Shown piece by piece: positions 1 to 14,160 of a DNA stretch of 64,000 nt. Position 1 is the first letter of the stretch. Each line of letters opens with the position of its first letter. Origin of the DNA: Eledone cirrhosa (taxonomy: Eukaryota). A program made the position numbers and the translations under genes. Where the stretch lies: the NCBI GenBank assembly GCA_964016885.1, contig OZ024755.1, positions 2,666,001 to 2,730,000 of the forward strand, written 5' to 3'. The notes beneath the pieces were generated by a model. It was not told the DNA's origin, searched no databases, and saw only the letters and a program-made list of their open reading frames with translations.

Positions 1-479
1 GCCCTTAGTCGTACTAATCAAACGATTATTATACATTCCTGTCATCATTTTAATGTCTTTTGAATATCTAAGTTTACATTATCCAGTGTGTAGCACCGTT
101 CTTGAATCATTATAATCTGATCCGAAGCAGATGTTTCTCATTTCTTTTGTAACTTAAATGACATTTATATTACATATGTGTGTTTACCATTCTACCGTTC
201 TTTGTAAAATGAATTCCATAGGGTACGCACAAATGTATTTATATAAAAATATTTATTTACATATTCTGATTTTGAAAATATAAACGGAATGTTTCGTACT
301 TCTTTGCCGATGTACTTTATTAAATATTTATTTATATAACTAACTTTCCATGCAAATAGCACAAAACGGAGTAAAATGCATTCATAGTTTTCCAGTACCG
401 TAAAATTGTCCCACTCACAAGATGGTATTTTTTGGATACTCTGAATATGTTATAGACTCAACAAGTGATTCTAGCTGAA

Positions 480-530
<51 letters not shown>

Positions 531-594
531 ATCTTTATGTCTTCAGTGTGTTGATATCGTTCTTCTGCAGCACTGTATTATACACATAAACATG

Positions 595-630
<36 letters not shown>

Positions 631-692
631 CCGCTCCTGATTATTACTGGAATTCTATAAGAATCCAGCTTCTATAATTTTCGGCGAACGCA

Positions 693-752
693 GGGGAGTA
701 CGTAGCTCTGATGAACACCAACCAGCGTGAAACAGACTGTCAGCTTCTCTTC
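693..752 (+). ncRNA. Minimal type I hammerhead ribozyme (PLE pLTR-like)
   Basis: AGCT-CTGATGA-ACACCAACCAGCGT-GAAA-CAGACTGTC-AGCT: intact core, near-palindromic stem III ACAG-A-CTGT, GUC triplet, stem I AGCT/AGCT extended by GGGGA/TCTCT. Confidence 0.7.
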
Positions 753-875
753 CTTCTTTCGCCAAAAATAAGTAAGTGACATAGTCACTACTTTAAAACT
801 GATAGCGTAAGGTCTTCTAAATGTTTTTAATTTTAATTAAACATACGGTATAATGCCAAATATACTATACATACA

Positions 876-932
<57 letters not shown>

Positions 933-1799
933 GATGTGTGCGTATAGAAAAGTATATTTTGTATTCAGTCAAGTAGGATAAGCCAGTGACTATGTTCCTT
1001 TTTTAGAGCCTCCAGTAATCGGGACACTGTCTGATTTCTTACGATAGAGAAAACCCACTAAACGAACACATGACACAGCTGAGGAAATTAAACCGAATGA
1101 TGATTTATATATTTGTGTTTGAATATATGCAAATAAGCCTTGATGATTTTTGGTAAATCTAAAAATAATCATGATTATGGCCAACGACCAAACCCCATCC
1201 ATAGGTATAAAAAATAATTTAATAGTGACAGTTATGGGAAATAATTTTTCTTCTAACCAGAAAGAATTCTTTGTTTTGTTGAAAATCAAACAGTCTCACT
1301 TAAATTTATTCTGACTGAAGAGAAGAAACATTTTCTTGAGAAGAACCACCATAAATAAATTTTATGTGCTTATGTATGTATATTTATTGGCAAAATGACA
1401 ATTACTCACTGACCTATAAAATCAATTAACCGAGCTATTAATCCATATTTATAGCCACACCAAAAGTGTCACACACATCAAAAAGTCAATAAGAAGATAA
1501 GTCAATAAGAAGATAAACAGCATTATGCTTTCTTGCATACTTTAAGATGGCTGAATTAAGTTAGAACTAAGAATCGCGAACATAATTTTCTCACATACAT
1601 TTCATTATTATTCCCTGGTCGTCAATTTCTTTTAAGATAGTCAATGTAAGAAAAGTCAAGTCACCCAGTAAATAAGAAATAAAAACCACACCTTCTGATT
1701 ACATGTCGACGACTGCAGACAAGATATGGGAAGGAATGCCAGCAGTTCATGTCTCTCAGATGAAAGGACATTGTGAAATAATTCGAGTGAAACTTGAGA

Positions 1800-1970
1800 T
1801 AATGAACACTGACTAAATATAGAGGAGGAATCGACCTCGGTTCTAGACTGGTATTTTTTTATCGACCTCGAAATGATGACGTCGGCGAGATTGGAACTGA
1901 GAATGCAGAGAGCGGGGACGAATATTACAAAGCTTTTTATCTGACTTTCTAACAACTCTGTCAATTCGCC
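1800..1970 (-). mobile_element. Old diverged copy of main SINE family
   Basis: gactggtattttttatcgacctcgaaatgatg...ggcgagattggaactgagaat resembles reverse complement of the main SINE. Confidence 0.55.
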
Positions 1971-1992
1971 GTGAAGATATATCATCTTAGCT

Positions 1993-2092
1993 ATGTTAAC
2001 TTTACCTTTCATCCTTATGGGTCGATAAAATAAAGTACCAGTAATGCACTGGTTATTTGCTGGTCTTGTGCCAAAAGTAGAAAGAATTATTT
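1993..2092 (+). mobile_element. Main SINE, 3' half
   Basis: ctttcatccttatgggtcgataaaataaagtaccagtaatgcactgg...gtgccaaaagtagaaag matches other copies. Confidence 0.85.
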
Positions 2093-2557
2093 TCACATGC
2101 CATGTGTTTAGATATTTAGACTTAATTTATAAGCCCCATCCTATTTTTTAAATGTTCCTTATTACATTTTCTAAGTTACTTTTTAGGGTCCGTTTCCAAG
2201 TCAATATTCCTTTGGGACGACCTCGTATTATTAAACATTTTCAATGAAATTTAGCAGAAATATCAAACAAATTCTCTGCTGAAATACTTGAGATAGTAGC
2301 ATCTCTTCTATATTCTCTAGTACATACATATATCATGATATACTCTCGCAGATTTAAATTAATCAATACTATTTTCCCCCATTTCAGTTATACTTACATA
2401 ATCAATAACTTCTAATCGCTTAATCAGATATATTAATTTAATTCCTTTTTTTACTTTCTCCTTTCAAACGTATTTTTATATTTTATATGACTAAATCCTT
2501 GTTTTAACATTTTCTAACAAGATGAGATTAAGATCTACAAGAGAAGCAATTTTAGAA

Positions 2558-2905
2558 CATCATCATCATCGCCATCATCATCGTCATCATTATGATCATC
2601 ATCAACATCATCATCATCGCCATCATCATCATCATCAACATCATCGCCATTACCACCATCATGATCGCCATCATCATCGTCATCATCGTCGTCTTCTCAT
2701 CATCATCATCGTCATCAATATCATCGCCATCATCATCGCCATCATTATCGCTATCATCATCATCATCATCATCGCCATCATCATCGCTATCATCACCTTG
2801 CTATCATCATCATCATTATCGCCATCATCATCATCACCATCATCGCTCTTACCATCACCGCCATTACCATCATTATCATCATCATCATCGCCATCATCAT
2901 TATTA
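2558..2905. repeat. Degenerate (CAT)n microsatellite
   Basis: catcatcatcgccatcat... produces spurious poly-His/Ile ORFs. Confidence 0.95.
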
Positions 2906-4924
2906 TTTAACGGACATTAATGTATGGTGATGATGTGATGATGATGATGATGACAATCATGATCTTCTATAAACCCCCTTCACTTACAGAATTTAATTAC
3001 CTAATACTTGGTTTTATTTTTAAGTTTCAGCCCAAAATATCGAATCATTTATGACGCCTGCACATTATATATTTTATGTGTTCTGATAGATTTAGATTAA
3101 TTTTAACTGTCTCATAATATTTTAACTATATTTCGTTAATCAATACTTTCAAGTCAACTCCTCAGATATGATAATTTAATTTAAAATAAGCTCCTTTATC
3201 ATTATTTAATTTCTCCCTTTTTAAACATTCCTAATCAATACTTTCTAAACAATATATTATACATACCATATTAAATTAAACTCCTAAATTAATATCGTTT
3301 TGCTTCATCTTAAAATATATTGTAGTTTTAAATTACTCAATAGTGTCTCATTATTTTTTTAATCTTAAACTATTTTATCCCATTCAAAAATTTAAATGAA
3401 TATTTCTTTACTATTAGGCCAAAAATGTGTTATTTATTTAATCTGTTAAGATATCGTTCAATATTGATTCAGTGTCATATGCCCCTTGCTCTAAAGCTTG
3501 TAACAGCATAGTGGTTTACAATCAATGTTGCTGATTTGCAAAAGATATTTGCAAACCCGTTTTAAATATGTATATTAGTTATATTCGCCGATGCTTCTCG
3601 ATTTGGGAAGTAAGTGGTTTTCATTCTTCATTCCACCTACAGCAAGGAAAGTATGTAGTTGTTTGTATCTCGTACACAAACGCCGATTGTTTCATCGATT
3701 TTATATTCGAAAATAATCCTTAATCAATTCAGAAAATTGAAAACCTCTTGGGTCACATTTATGTTAACTATGTATTCCTGCCAATTCAGTGCTTTGCTTT
3801 CAATTTGGTTAATTCAGTTCTCATGAAAGAATAGTGACCCTTAACTATTGACCAAGTCCTGGGCATTTTAAAATCTGGTGGACCCCATCCCTCTCTAAAC
3901 CGATTTCATTCAGGAGAGAGAGAGGAGGAGAGGGAGTGAGAGAATAAGTGTGTGAGAGAGATAGTGAGTGATACAGAGAAAGAGAGAAAGAATCGACCCC
4001 AGTACTGATCACACAACTTTATTTATCGATATGCAAAGAATCTAAGAAAACGTTGATCTCGCATCGCAGTGAGTCGCAACAAATACCGAAATATTTCTAT
4101 CGGGGACTAGGACAGCTTCAATATAGAGTGAGTGGGTGATAACTCTAACGAATACGCCTCTCTGTATTTGTGTTGTGTGTGTGTGTTTGAGTCTGCGTGT
4201 ATGTATATGTGTGTATCTGCATGTGCGTATGTGCGCCTGCGAGTGTGTAAGTGTTTGTCTGAGTATATGTACGCCAAACAAACCTGTATTTATTCTGATC
4301 TCCCGTGTGAGTGTGACATGATTGTTTCGTAAGAGATATAGCACCAGGAGGACGGCACTACCAAGCAAAAGAAATACAAGAAAATCTAGTAAACAAATGA
4401 ATAGATATAAAATAAACTATAACAACAAATATAAACTATAGTACCACAAGTAACAACTACTGCTACTACCACAACTACTACCACTACTAACTGCAACAAC
4501 AACAAAAATACGCCTCCTCTACATAAAAAATGAAAAAAAGAAAACAGAAATAGAAATAGGACTTAGCAATGAAGAAGCGCATTTTTTTTCTTTCTCTCAA
4601 AAGGTTGTTAAATTAGATAGCTGTTCTTCAGAGACCGGGATTAAATTTATTTCATCTGACCTCTGAATTCTGTGTCAAAATTTACTTTTCTATCGTGGGT
4701 CTTTCGTGATTTAATAAATATATTTATATCATATTTATTTCCATTCAGGCGACATTTCTTTGAATAATCACATAGTTCATATATTATATTACATCAAATA
4801 ACGAACGTTTTATGAAAGCTAACTCAATCAATACATACATGTTGCACACGAGCACGAAAATAAATAAAAAGGAAAAAATGAAAATGAAAAAGAATCACGC
4901 ATCACAAAGAAGCATGGCGGACAT

Positions 4925-4969
<45 letters not shown>

Positions 4970-5109
4970 CAAATAGTTATATATGCACTTTTTATGTACA
5001 CAAGGAGAACACGCAAACACACACACACACACATATATATATTTATATATGTGTGTGTGTGTTTGTGTGTGTGTGTACGCAAAAAGTAAACGGAAACAAC
5101 AAGCAAACA

Positions 5110-5200
5110 ACTCAGTATAATGAAGAAATATATTATTTTAACACTTGATATACTAGGAAAAAAATTATTTACTTTTCGGACTCCAGTCCTTCATCAGAAG
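5110..5200 (-). mobile_element. pLTR-like remnant with degenerate hammerhead (family F)
   Basis: Minus strand CTGATGA-A-GGAC-TGGA-GTCC-GAAAAGT; downstream ttcctagtatatcaagtgttaaaataatat resembles 13437-13545 and 25480-25550. Confidence 0.55.
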
Positions 5201-5327
5201 ATAGAATGGGAAATATCAGATGTAATAGAAAGATAGACATAGAATGAGAAGAAGAAGGAAAGGAAATTATTTTTTTCTAGAAAAAGCACGTGTGTATTAT
5301 CTCACCCCACCCCCCACCCCCACCCCC

Positions 5328-5382
<55 letters not shown>

Positions 5383-5399
5383 ATATATATATATAATAT

Positions 5400-5502
5400 C
5401 AATAATATTAATAAATGGAAAAATATCTTTATAAAACCATATTTATTTTATTATACGTATTTCAAAGGTACTAATATTTTAGTACGCCTTCGTCAGAGAG
5501 AA
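5400..5502 (-). mobile_element. Hammerhead-bearing short element (family A) ending at (TA)n
   Basis: Minus strand CTGACGA-AGGCGTACTAA-AATA-TTAGTACCTTT-GAAA-TACGTAT-A-ATAAAA; tail atggttttataaagata...ccatttattaatatt shared with 28366 and 62284 copies; stem I 5' strand mutated. Confidence 0.75.
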
Positions 5503-6547
5503 TATAATAATTGTGTAAAGATAGTGACATATCTTCCTGTGAACTTCATGGTATGAGTTCAGTGAAGATATATATTCATTCCTGGGGATTTCACAATCCC
5601 CGCTGAAGTCTGAGATTAAGGAATGATAGAAGTGTACACAACATAGACATGTAGTATTACTGGTACTGAGGGCCAAGAGTAGACGTAAGAAGAATTATTT
5701 ACATACAACGCATATGGATATAAGATATTATAAAGCATGACACATATGTGTGTATATATATACACATATATATATTATCTTATATCATAATATATATATC
5801 CATGTGTATGTGTGTGTACTATATATATATATATATATACATATATGTGTGTGTGTGTGTGTGTGTATGTTAGCCTCTGTGTGCGTGTGTGCGTGTGTTG
5901 TGTAATATTACACCCATTGTTAAATGCTAATATTATTGATGTGTTGCACCTCCGGCAGAAAAATTTGCATAAGTAATATACCTGGCGATCAGACTTGTTT
6001 CGCCTGCGGTTCTAGATATTATTATCAACGCCGCAGCTTTCTGTCTAGCTCATTTTGTTCGTGACAGATTCCCTACTTATGCCAACGTATATGGATTCTA
6101 TTTTAAAGTTTTATAATATAATGACTTGTACGAAAGTTAGGTGAAGTGTCTGTGGAATTGTGAAATTTAAACACCCGTATCTATGTCGGATATATACGAG
6201 TTAATATTGTGTGTGCCTATTAATAATGTTTTTAAAAGATAGCACTCCATTTACACTACTTACATACTAACGAGTCAGATAATGAAACCCTTCAAACAAT
6301 GAAGCATTTTAGGAACTTTTCCTCTCATATTGTTTCTACAATATCAACTAATTTGAATAGCTGTAAAGAGCCAGGTACATTTTTGACAGCATTTCACAGC
6401 TTTCCGTTTGTGTTTCATAGAGATCTAATTATAAGTTTATGTCTATAAACTCATTTATATATGTATAGATTAGAAAATACAACTTAGATAACAAGGTGAC
6501 TTCTATGGAACCAACACTATCATAATGACTAATATTATTTCAAATAT

Positions 6548-6750
6548 GGCGGTGGATTGGCAGTATCGGTAGAGTGTCGGACGCCATGCTTTCACGCATA
6601 GACTTACGGCCCTTTCCATTCAAATCCCGTCCAGGTTCAAATCCCTCCGAGGTTAACTTTGCCTTTCATCCTTACGGGGGCGATAAAATAAAGTACCAGT
6701 AATGCACTGGGATAATTGCTAGCCTTGTGCCAAAAGTAGAAACAATTATT
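6548..6750 (+). mobile_element. Full-length tRNA-derived SINE (Meta-domain-like core) with 13-bp TSD
   Basis: A-box-like tggcagtatcgg, B-box ggttcaaatcc, core gcctttcatccttacgggggcgataaaataaagtaccag; TSD tattatttcaaat at 6533-6545 and 6747-6759. Confidence 0.9.
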
Positions 6751-7400
6751 ATTTCAAATTTCTTTAAAATATATTGGACACAATCTCTGGGCATCTTTTG
6801 GTCTCGTCAGTACATTAGCGAGCTTACTGAAATAGTTTTTATTGAATCACAAATGATTTGTTGTTAGTGTTTGTCTGAAGAGATGTGAATATAGAACAAT
6901 CGAAAAAAGAAAAGAAAACGATTCGCAGTGAACCAAACAATGAATACTATGATAATACTGTTTGAATACTATAGAAAATTGATACAACAACAATAAAAAC
7001 TGAATATTACACGGCAAACAATTTAACGTTTGTGCAATGCAGTGAAATTAATCCTTGCTTTGATGTCAGTCATTCTTTGAATATTCTAACCGATTTCTAC
7101 CAACGACTCTAGAATTACACAGCCATGCATTAATCGGTAAATATCACCTCAACTAACAAATTAGCTCTTAATTAATTCAATCAATTTTTTTTAATTATTT
7201 CTAGTCGTTCTCTTTCTTGATTTTCTTAGTTTTCTTTCTTTTTTTTTGTATATGTTTATCTTAATCTTTTCGTTACTTTCCTCATTCCAGACACACGAAA
7301 TGCCAGTTAAGTCATCCACAATTAAGCAAACCCATCCATTGCAGTAATCTTTCCAAAGAATATTTTTTAGTATATGTACATACAGACGCAAGCACGCACG

Positions 7401-7495
<95 letters not shown>

Positions 7496-7672
7496 ATACT
7501 TATATTTATAATTAATTACTTATATGTGTGTGTGTGTGTGTTTGTATACTTACACATATAATTAATTACTTATATATATGCAGAGAGATAGATAAAGAGG
7601 GAGAGGGCGAGGGGGGGGGGAGATTTAAAAGAGTAGAAGTCAGTGTTGCATCATATGTACAAACTTTATTCT

Positions 7673-7760
7673 CATATTCAATTGTTTCGATATCGAATCA
7701 GCTCAGAGCACAATCAGGATGACGGGGCTCGACTCTTTTTCGACATCTCGTCAGGTATGC
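7673..7760 (-). ncRNA. Degenerate type I hammerhead with long stem II (family E)
   Basis: Minus strand CATAC-CTGACGA-GATGTCGAA...TTCGATATC-GAAAC-AATT-GAA-TATG; homologous to 45434-45523; cleavage triplet mutated. Confidence 0.6.
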
Positions 7761-7809
7761 GAGATTATATGTGCACGTTTAACGTAATTCTCAAGCAAAA
7801 ACAGTGGGT

Positions 7810-7970
7810 CACAATGTGACAACGATGGACCTTTCAATTACTGAATATAATCCATGAATCAGAATCCTTTTATCAAATTTCATTCACGGTTTGTTTCGAC
7901 GAGCACTTGTCCCAGATTTCACGCTGAGTGATCGAAGCCGGATCTTTATGATTGCCGAACCAGGACACAA
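7810..7970 (-). mobile_element. Old SINE fragment, different family
   Basis: gatcgaagccgg (reverse B-box) preceded by gagcacttgtccc; diverged. Confidence 0.45.
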
Positions 7971-8365
7971 GGAGTCTCCACTATTTTAAAAGAATTGTAG
8001 ACTTGCACAAATGCTGGAGATTAAATAAAGCTTCTTATATTTTTCATATCAACTCAATACCATACATTTCAAAAGGAAAGGTAGAATTAGAATGTTTGTC
8101 GACCCAACATCATGTCTACATCGTGTTTATTTTAGTAAATCAGAAAACTATGAAACGCAAAGTTGACTCACACGAGATATGAACACAGAACAGCATAACA
8201 TGGCTTCTGTTATATTAGATATCTAGATATATTAGCACACTTATGATAAATAAACTTCGTTAAGAATCCATACCAAATGTCATAACATTTCTTACTTGGT
8301 TGAGTTTTAAAGTGGAATGTGAATTTCCTTGAAAGTCATAATGGTAATTCTACAACATAGATATT

Positions 8366-8498
8366 GAGGTACTTGTACAGGTATATGTGTGAGACTGCTG
8401 TCCATATGTGTGAGGGATGTAAGGTATGTGTGTTGATATAGAGGTACTTGTACAGGTATATGTGTGAGACTGCTGTCCATATGTGTGAGGGATGTAAG
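8366..8498. repeat. Local direct duplication, 58-bp identical units, period 75
   Basis: gaggtacttgtacaggtatatgtgtgagactgctgtccatatgtgtgagggatgtaag occurs twice. Confidence 0.9.
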
Positions 8499-9000
8499 TG
8501 TGTTGATTGAGTGTATCGTGTGAAATGACGACCGAACCAACAAACATTTAGTCACACCAAGAAGTTACTAACATAATATGTAAGACGTGCATGGTATACG
8601 TACATACGCAATCACACAAAGATAGATAAATCCTTATGCATAATGTGTTTATATATGTAAGTATGTATGTGTTTATGTATGTAAGTATGTATGTGTTTAT
8701 GAAAACATGCAAATGCCATTTATGGAGGACGCTTTATACCCACTTTCATAATCCAAGGGCAAGAGTGCCACACACTTGGACCTCTTCAGCCACTTTCAGA
8801 TGAAGAACCAACATTTTTATAACTGCATTTCATCAGTGATATGGAAACCCAAGCCCAGACACACAGACAACATATGAAAGGAATAAAGAAAGTAAGTATG
8901 AAATCATATTGCAACTATAAGATGTTATATAAAAGAAACAGCTATATTACAAGTTTGAAATATACACTAGAAAAGGTATTGAATGGAATTTCATTATTTA

Positions 9001-9187
9001 GATTGGCAGTATCGGTAGAGGATCGGACGCCATGCTTTGCAGCATAGAGTTACGGCCCTTTATGGTCTGAGTTAAAATCCCACCAAGGTTAACTTTGCTT
9101 TTCCTCCTTACGGGATCGATAAAACAAAGTATCAGTAATACACTAGGATAATTGCTGGCCTTGTGCCAAAAGTAGAAACAATTATTT
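9001..9187 (+). mobile_element. Main SINE, near full length
   Basis: gattggcagtatcggtagag...gtgccaaaagtagaaacaattatt. Confidence 0.9.
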
Positions 9188-9332
9188 ACTCTAACCCGGG
9201 CAACGTCGGGTACATCTGTTAGTATATATATAGATAGATAGATAGATATAGATAAATTCACCATTAAGACATAATATTGAATATTTAAATTCTACTTCGG
9301 TATTGATTACTTTTTCACTTCCGCCAATAGCA

Positions 9333-9439
<107 letters not shown>

Positions 9440-9976
9440 ACACACACACATGTATATATATATATATAAACAGATCACCTGCATAAATTCTGTTTTTCTC
9501 TTGCTAATTTTTTTTTTTTTTCGTGTAAACAGAGATTAAAAGGAAGTGAAATATCCTAAAAGTCAGCCAATTCCAGACACAAATTTGCTATAAGGCTATA
9601 GGCAATATATTTCTGTCTTCAGTGGTTGACATTCAAGAAAGCAAAGGTGTATATGTCATGTATTAAAGTATGTTTCTGCTATTAAGTAAAATTCTCCGAG
9701 TCTGGATACTGAAGTATGTTGAAACTCACGACGGACCCAGTAGGAGGATCTTCAGAGAAATAACTTTCATCAAAGCAAGTGTTTCTGTCCTTGATTACCC
9801 GTAACACTCTAAAGAAGCCGGGCCATTGCTTCTAAGTGTCCTCATGCTGTTGTTTTCTCCTCCAGGGGGTTATCTCGTTTCCAATTCCTGTCTTTTACAC
9901 CACAGGTCCTAAAAGACCTTCTATTTACACAATAACATTCTTAATAATAAAATATTTTACAGAATGATGGAGTTGA

Positions 9977-10110
9977 CAATAATAATTGTATCTACATTTG
10001 GCACAAGGCCAGCAATTACCCCAGTGTATTACTGGTACTTTATTTTATCGACCCCGTAATGATACTTTATTTTATCGACCCCGTAAAGGCAAAGTTAACG
10101 TCGGTGGGAT
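9977..10110 (-). mobile_element. Main SINE 3' part with internal tandem duplication
   Basis: tactttattttatcgaccccgtaa present twice. Confidence 0.85.
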
Positions 10111-10209
10111 AATGGTAATAATGATAATAATGGGGATAACGATGGCAAAGATGATAATGATGATGATGACCACATCGCTTTCTCTTCTTCATCTTCTATT
10201 TTGTAATAT

Positions 10210-10477
10210 TTATGACGACGATGGTGATGATGGTGATGGCGATGATGGAGATGGTGATGATGACGATGTCGATGGTGGTGACGACGATGATGATGATTGA
10301 AGATGATAGTGATGAGGGTGAGGATGATGAGGGTGATGTCGATGATGGTGATGAGGATGATATGGTGATGATGGTGATGGAGACGATGATGGTGGTGGTG
10401 GTGGTGTTGATGATGGTGACGACGATGATGATGATGACGACGACGATCACGATGGTGATGTTGATGATGGTGATGAT

Positions 10478-10511
<34 letters not shown>

Positions 10512-10655
10512 GCGATGATGATGATGATGATGACGATGACGATGGTGATGTTGATGACGATGGTGATGATGATGACGACGATGTTGATGATGGTGATGAT
10601 GATGACGACGATGGTGATGATGATGATGATGATGATGATGATGACGATGATGATC

Positions 10656-10704
<49 letters not shown>

Positions 10705-10735
10705 CGATGATGATGATGATGAAAAAAGACGATGA
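10210..10735. repeat. (GAT/GAC/GGT)n microsatellite
   Basis: direct inspection. Confidence 0.95.
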
Positions 10736-11283
10736 CAAATGCGATAACAATGTCCTACTCTTGTGTGAACAGTAGCACCTGCACAGAGTGCAATGTTTTT
10801 CAGTTTCTTTTTGCAAGCAGGTTATAGGGTTAAACCAAGTGTCTGCGTAGCCTGCGAGGGTTTCAGCAGCATTTCACACAACAACAACATCAACAACAAC
10901 CTCAACAATTCATTTATAGATTCATTCGACATGTATTTTCTCCAGAAATAAAAACCAAAAAAACACAAAGAAAAACGAAACAAAAAATATATGGTTTCAC
11001 ATTCTCATATGTTTATCAGTGTGTGTCTGTATGTTTCGGTTTGAATGTGTGTATGAGTTTGTGTGTGTGTTTGTGAACGCGTGTGTTTGTGTGTATATGT
11101 ATGTGTATGTGTCTTTATTATTTATTAACTCATTGAAGATAATTTGCTACACACAGTAACTATGTGTGTATTATGTGTAATATGCTGCAACAGCTGCAGT
11201 GTACAGCAAAATATCTTTTAGCTCTGAAATGCTTTTAGAAATTTATACGATAGTCACCCATTGTCGTTTGTGATTACATATTC

Positions 11284-11314
<31 letters not shown>

Positions 11315-11588
11315 AATATATATATAAATATATATATATATAAATATAGTAATAATAATAAATTTGAAGACTAAAATCCAAAGAGGGCTCGATAAGGATA
11401 AATATATATCAAATATATAAGAACCGTAGAGCAAATATTTGTTTCAGAAGATCACGTTAAGGGTGAAAGCAGCGATTGTTTGCTTAAACTTTAATCTCTG
11501 TTATTTTAATAAATATATATATATATATATTGGCTTCTTGCTGACATTAATTTCTCTATTTTCATTTATATATATATATATATATATA

Positions 11589-11820
11589 TGGTTTCTGTTT
11601 AAGGCACAAGGCCAACAATTTAGAGAGATGGGGAAAATCGATTAAGTCCACCCCAGTGAGTTGCTGATATTTTATTTTATTTCGACTCCGTAAAGATCAA
11701 AAGCAAAACTAGCCTCGGTGGGTGGGGGGGGGGGGGTGAACTCAGAACGGAAAGAAATGTAATTACATGCCACAAATCATGTGTGTCCGACGCTCTACAG
11801 ATTCTGCTAATTCACCGCCC
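11589..11820 (-). mobile_element. Older, longer variant of main SINE
   Basis: aaggcacaaggcc...gtccaccccagt...gaactcagaacg...aattcaccgcc. Confidence 0.7.
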
Positions 11821-12853
11821 TAGTTATATTTAATTATGTAATTAATACTGTTAATTTAAGAATATTCGAATGAAGCTATTTTATAATGATGTTATTTACA
11901 TGTTCGCCGTGGTTTACATAACATACCAAGAGGAGTGTTATTATTTTTTTAATGCATCAAAAAATAGAACAAAAAAAAGCAATATTTCATACGATAAAAC
12001 TCTGAAAATGATTTTGTTTGAATGTTACACGAGTGGGAAAAATAGTGAGAGGATTAATCTAATAATTGTTTCCATACATTGCTGGTGGCAATGCAGGTGT
12101 TTTTGGATATTTTATTTTTTAGTAGCATTCATAAGGAGGCAAGTGATGGTGCCACAGCTCTTGCTAATTTGGAGGCAACATTCTAAGAAGTGTTATGACG
12201 AATATTTCAATGAAATAGAAATATTTATTCTTATTTTAATTTTATATTTTTTTGGTTGCTGTGGCATCCAAAGAGCTGTTAATGAAATTGAAGTATGAGA
12301 AAGACTTGAAATGTTCTTCACGGAATATGGAATGAAAGAGGGTTTGGATTCACTGAAGGTCTATATTACCATACTTTATAATACTCAACAACCAATTCCA
12401 ACATTCATTCTTACCTCGGTTTCGTATATATTGAAAACGAGTATAACCCAGTTTATTCCTGAGGCAGAATTTCTCTTCAATAAATGGTAAGTGCCATCAA
12501 TACTTTCGAGGATAAATAACATTGGATAAAGAAACAAAAATTCAAAAATCCTATACCTTCCACAAAGAATGTATTCTTCTGTCTGGATGCCGCAAAATTG
12601 GGTGACCCTATTGATTGGAAATCCCAATTGAATAGATCTTTTTTGTTCCCATTGTCTCTCTATCAAAGTCACACAGACGAGTATTCTTCAATGTATGTAT
12701 GTGTGAATGCATTCTTTTATTCATTTGGAGATTTCTACATAAGAATTGTGGCCATGTTGGGAAGCAACGGTTTCGAATGTAAAGACAGAAACATGGAAGC
12801 CTGTACGTACGTATATGGCATACAGGCAACACATATATATATATATATATAGT

Positions 12854-12895
<42 letters not shown>

Positions 12896-13019
12896 AAATA
12901 GATATATAGATATATATGTGTGTGTATTTATATAACATATATATATATATATATATCGATCGATCGAGTACTTACTAGAATATGGTCTTCCTTGACTAAC
13001 TGGCAACTCTCGTTCTCTC

Positions 13020-13130
<111 letters not shown>

Positions 13131-13179
13131 TTATTATTAATGGCTAGGTGGGTTTTCTATATATAGATGTATCGTATAT

Positions 13180-13545
13180 ACCCTCATCAACACCTCTATT
13201 AAGAATCACACAATAATGGCACAGCTGCTAGTATACAGAATCTATCTAATCCAAGCACATGCTGCCCACGAACTCAATCAAACCGCAACTAATATTTCCC
13301 TTTTTAAAACCCTTATACCTATGAATCACAATGATCGGCACTTCCCCCAAGCCTAACTAAAGACAATCATTGCTTTTTTCCTTTTCTTACACTCGTATTT
13401 TCATTGTACTTTTTCGTCAATCTCTCATTCTGTCATCTGATGAAGGACTAACACTGGAAACGTGAAGTCTCTCTTCCTACTATATGAAGCTTTAAATTAA
13501 TATACAACATCATTATATTGTATCATTCTCCTGAGTTATTTTAAC
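13180..13545 (+). mobile_element. Decayed Penelope-like element 3' end (GIY-YIG C-terminus-like sequence plus pLTR with degenerate hammerhead, family F)
   Basis: Frame-broken similarity to PLE endonuclease C-terminus (QHL..I; LI..FKTLIP) followed by CTGATGA-AGGACTAACACTG-GAAACGTG at 13437. Confidence 0.45.
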
Positions 13546-13774
13546 TCGATGATGCTTTGCACACATACACACACATACACACACATACATGCACACACAC
13601 ACACACTGATCTCATCAGGTGAAAATGAAGTTGTCTTCAAAATTCTTGATATGAGGGAGAAAAAAACGATGTTTCCCCACACAATTCATTCCCTCATATG
13701 GAGACACACCAGTCTGTCAGAGATAAGGCGACTGCTATTGGCTTAAATTGAGGTCATAAAAGTTATCAGACCTC

Positions 13775-14047
13775 TATCGCTGCAAAAAAGACGCTGGATA
13801 TCGAATAAAACCGTAGAAATATACACGTACAACTGAACACTGAACTGAACTTACTTGTGCGCACGCGCTTGTGTCTGTGTGTATGTGTGTGTAGCGTTGA
13901 TTAACCTAATAATATTTCCAATGTACATCGTCAAATTGAGATTTGACCGACATAATTTCTGTTGCTTTGGAACCAACTTTTCGGTGGTTGCTGTGTTGGT
14001 ACTTTCTACGGTTTTATTCGATATCCAGCGTCTTTTTTGCAGCGATA
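13775..14047. repeat. 45-bp perfect inverted repeat, right arm abutting (TA)n
   Basis: tatcgctgcaaaaaagacgctggatatcgaataaaaccgtagaaa (13775-13819) and its reverse complement (14003-14047). Confidence 0.9.
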
Positions 14048-14160
14048 TATATATATGAAGTATTTCCGTAGGAAGGGTAAAGGAAATAAGAGTCATCTTA
14101 GCATAAGAGTATGCTACAGAGCTATTTAATCATGTAATAAACAACATAAGACAATTATTG

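Noticed and set aside
2522-2930. His-rich and Ile-rich ORFs
   Set aside because: Translation of a (CAT)n microsatellite; open in several frames by construction
10196-10816. Met/Asp-rich ORFs
   Set aside because: (GAT)n microsatellite
11870-12672. ORFs of 142 and 95 aa (IDGTY motif)
   Set aside because: No recognisable domain beyond a 5-aa match; cannot be assigned
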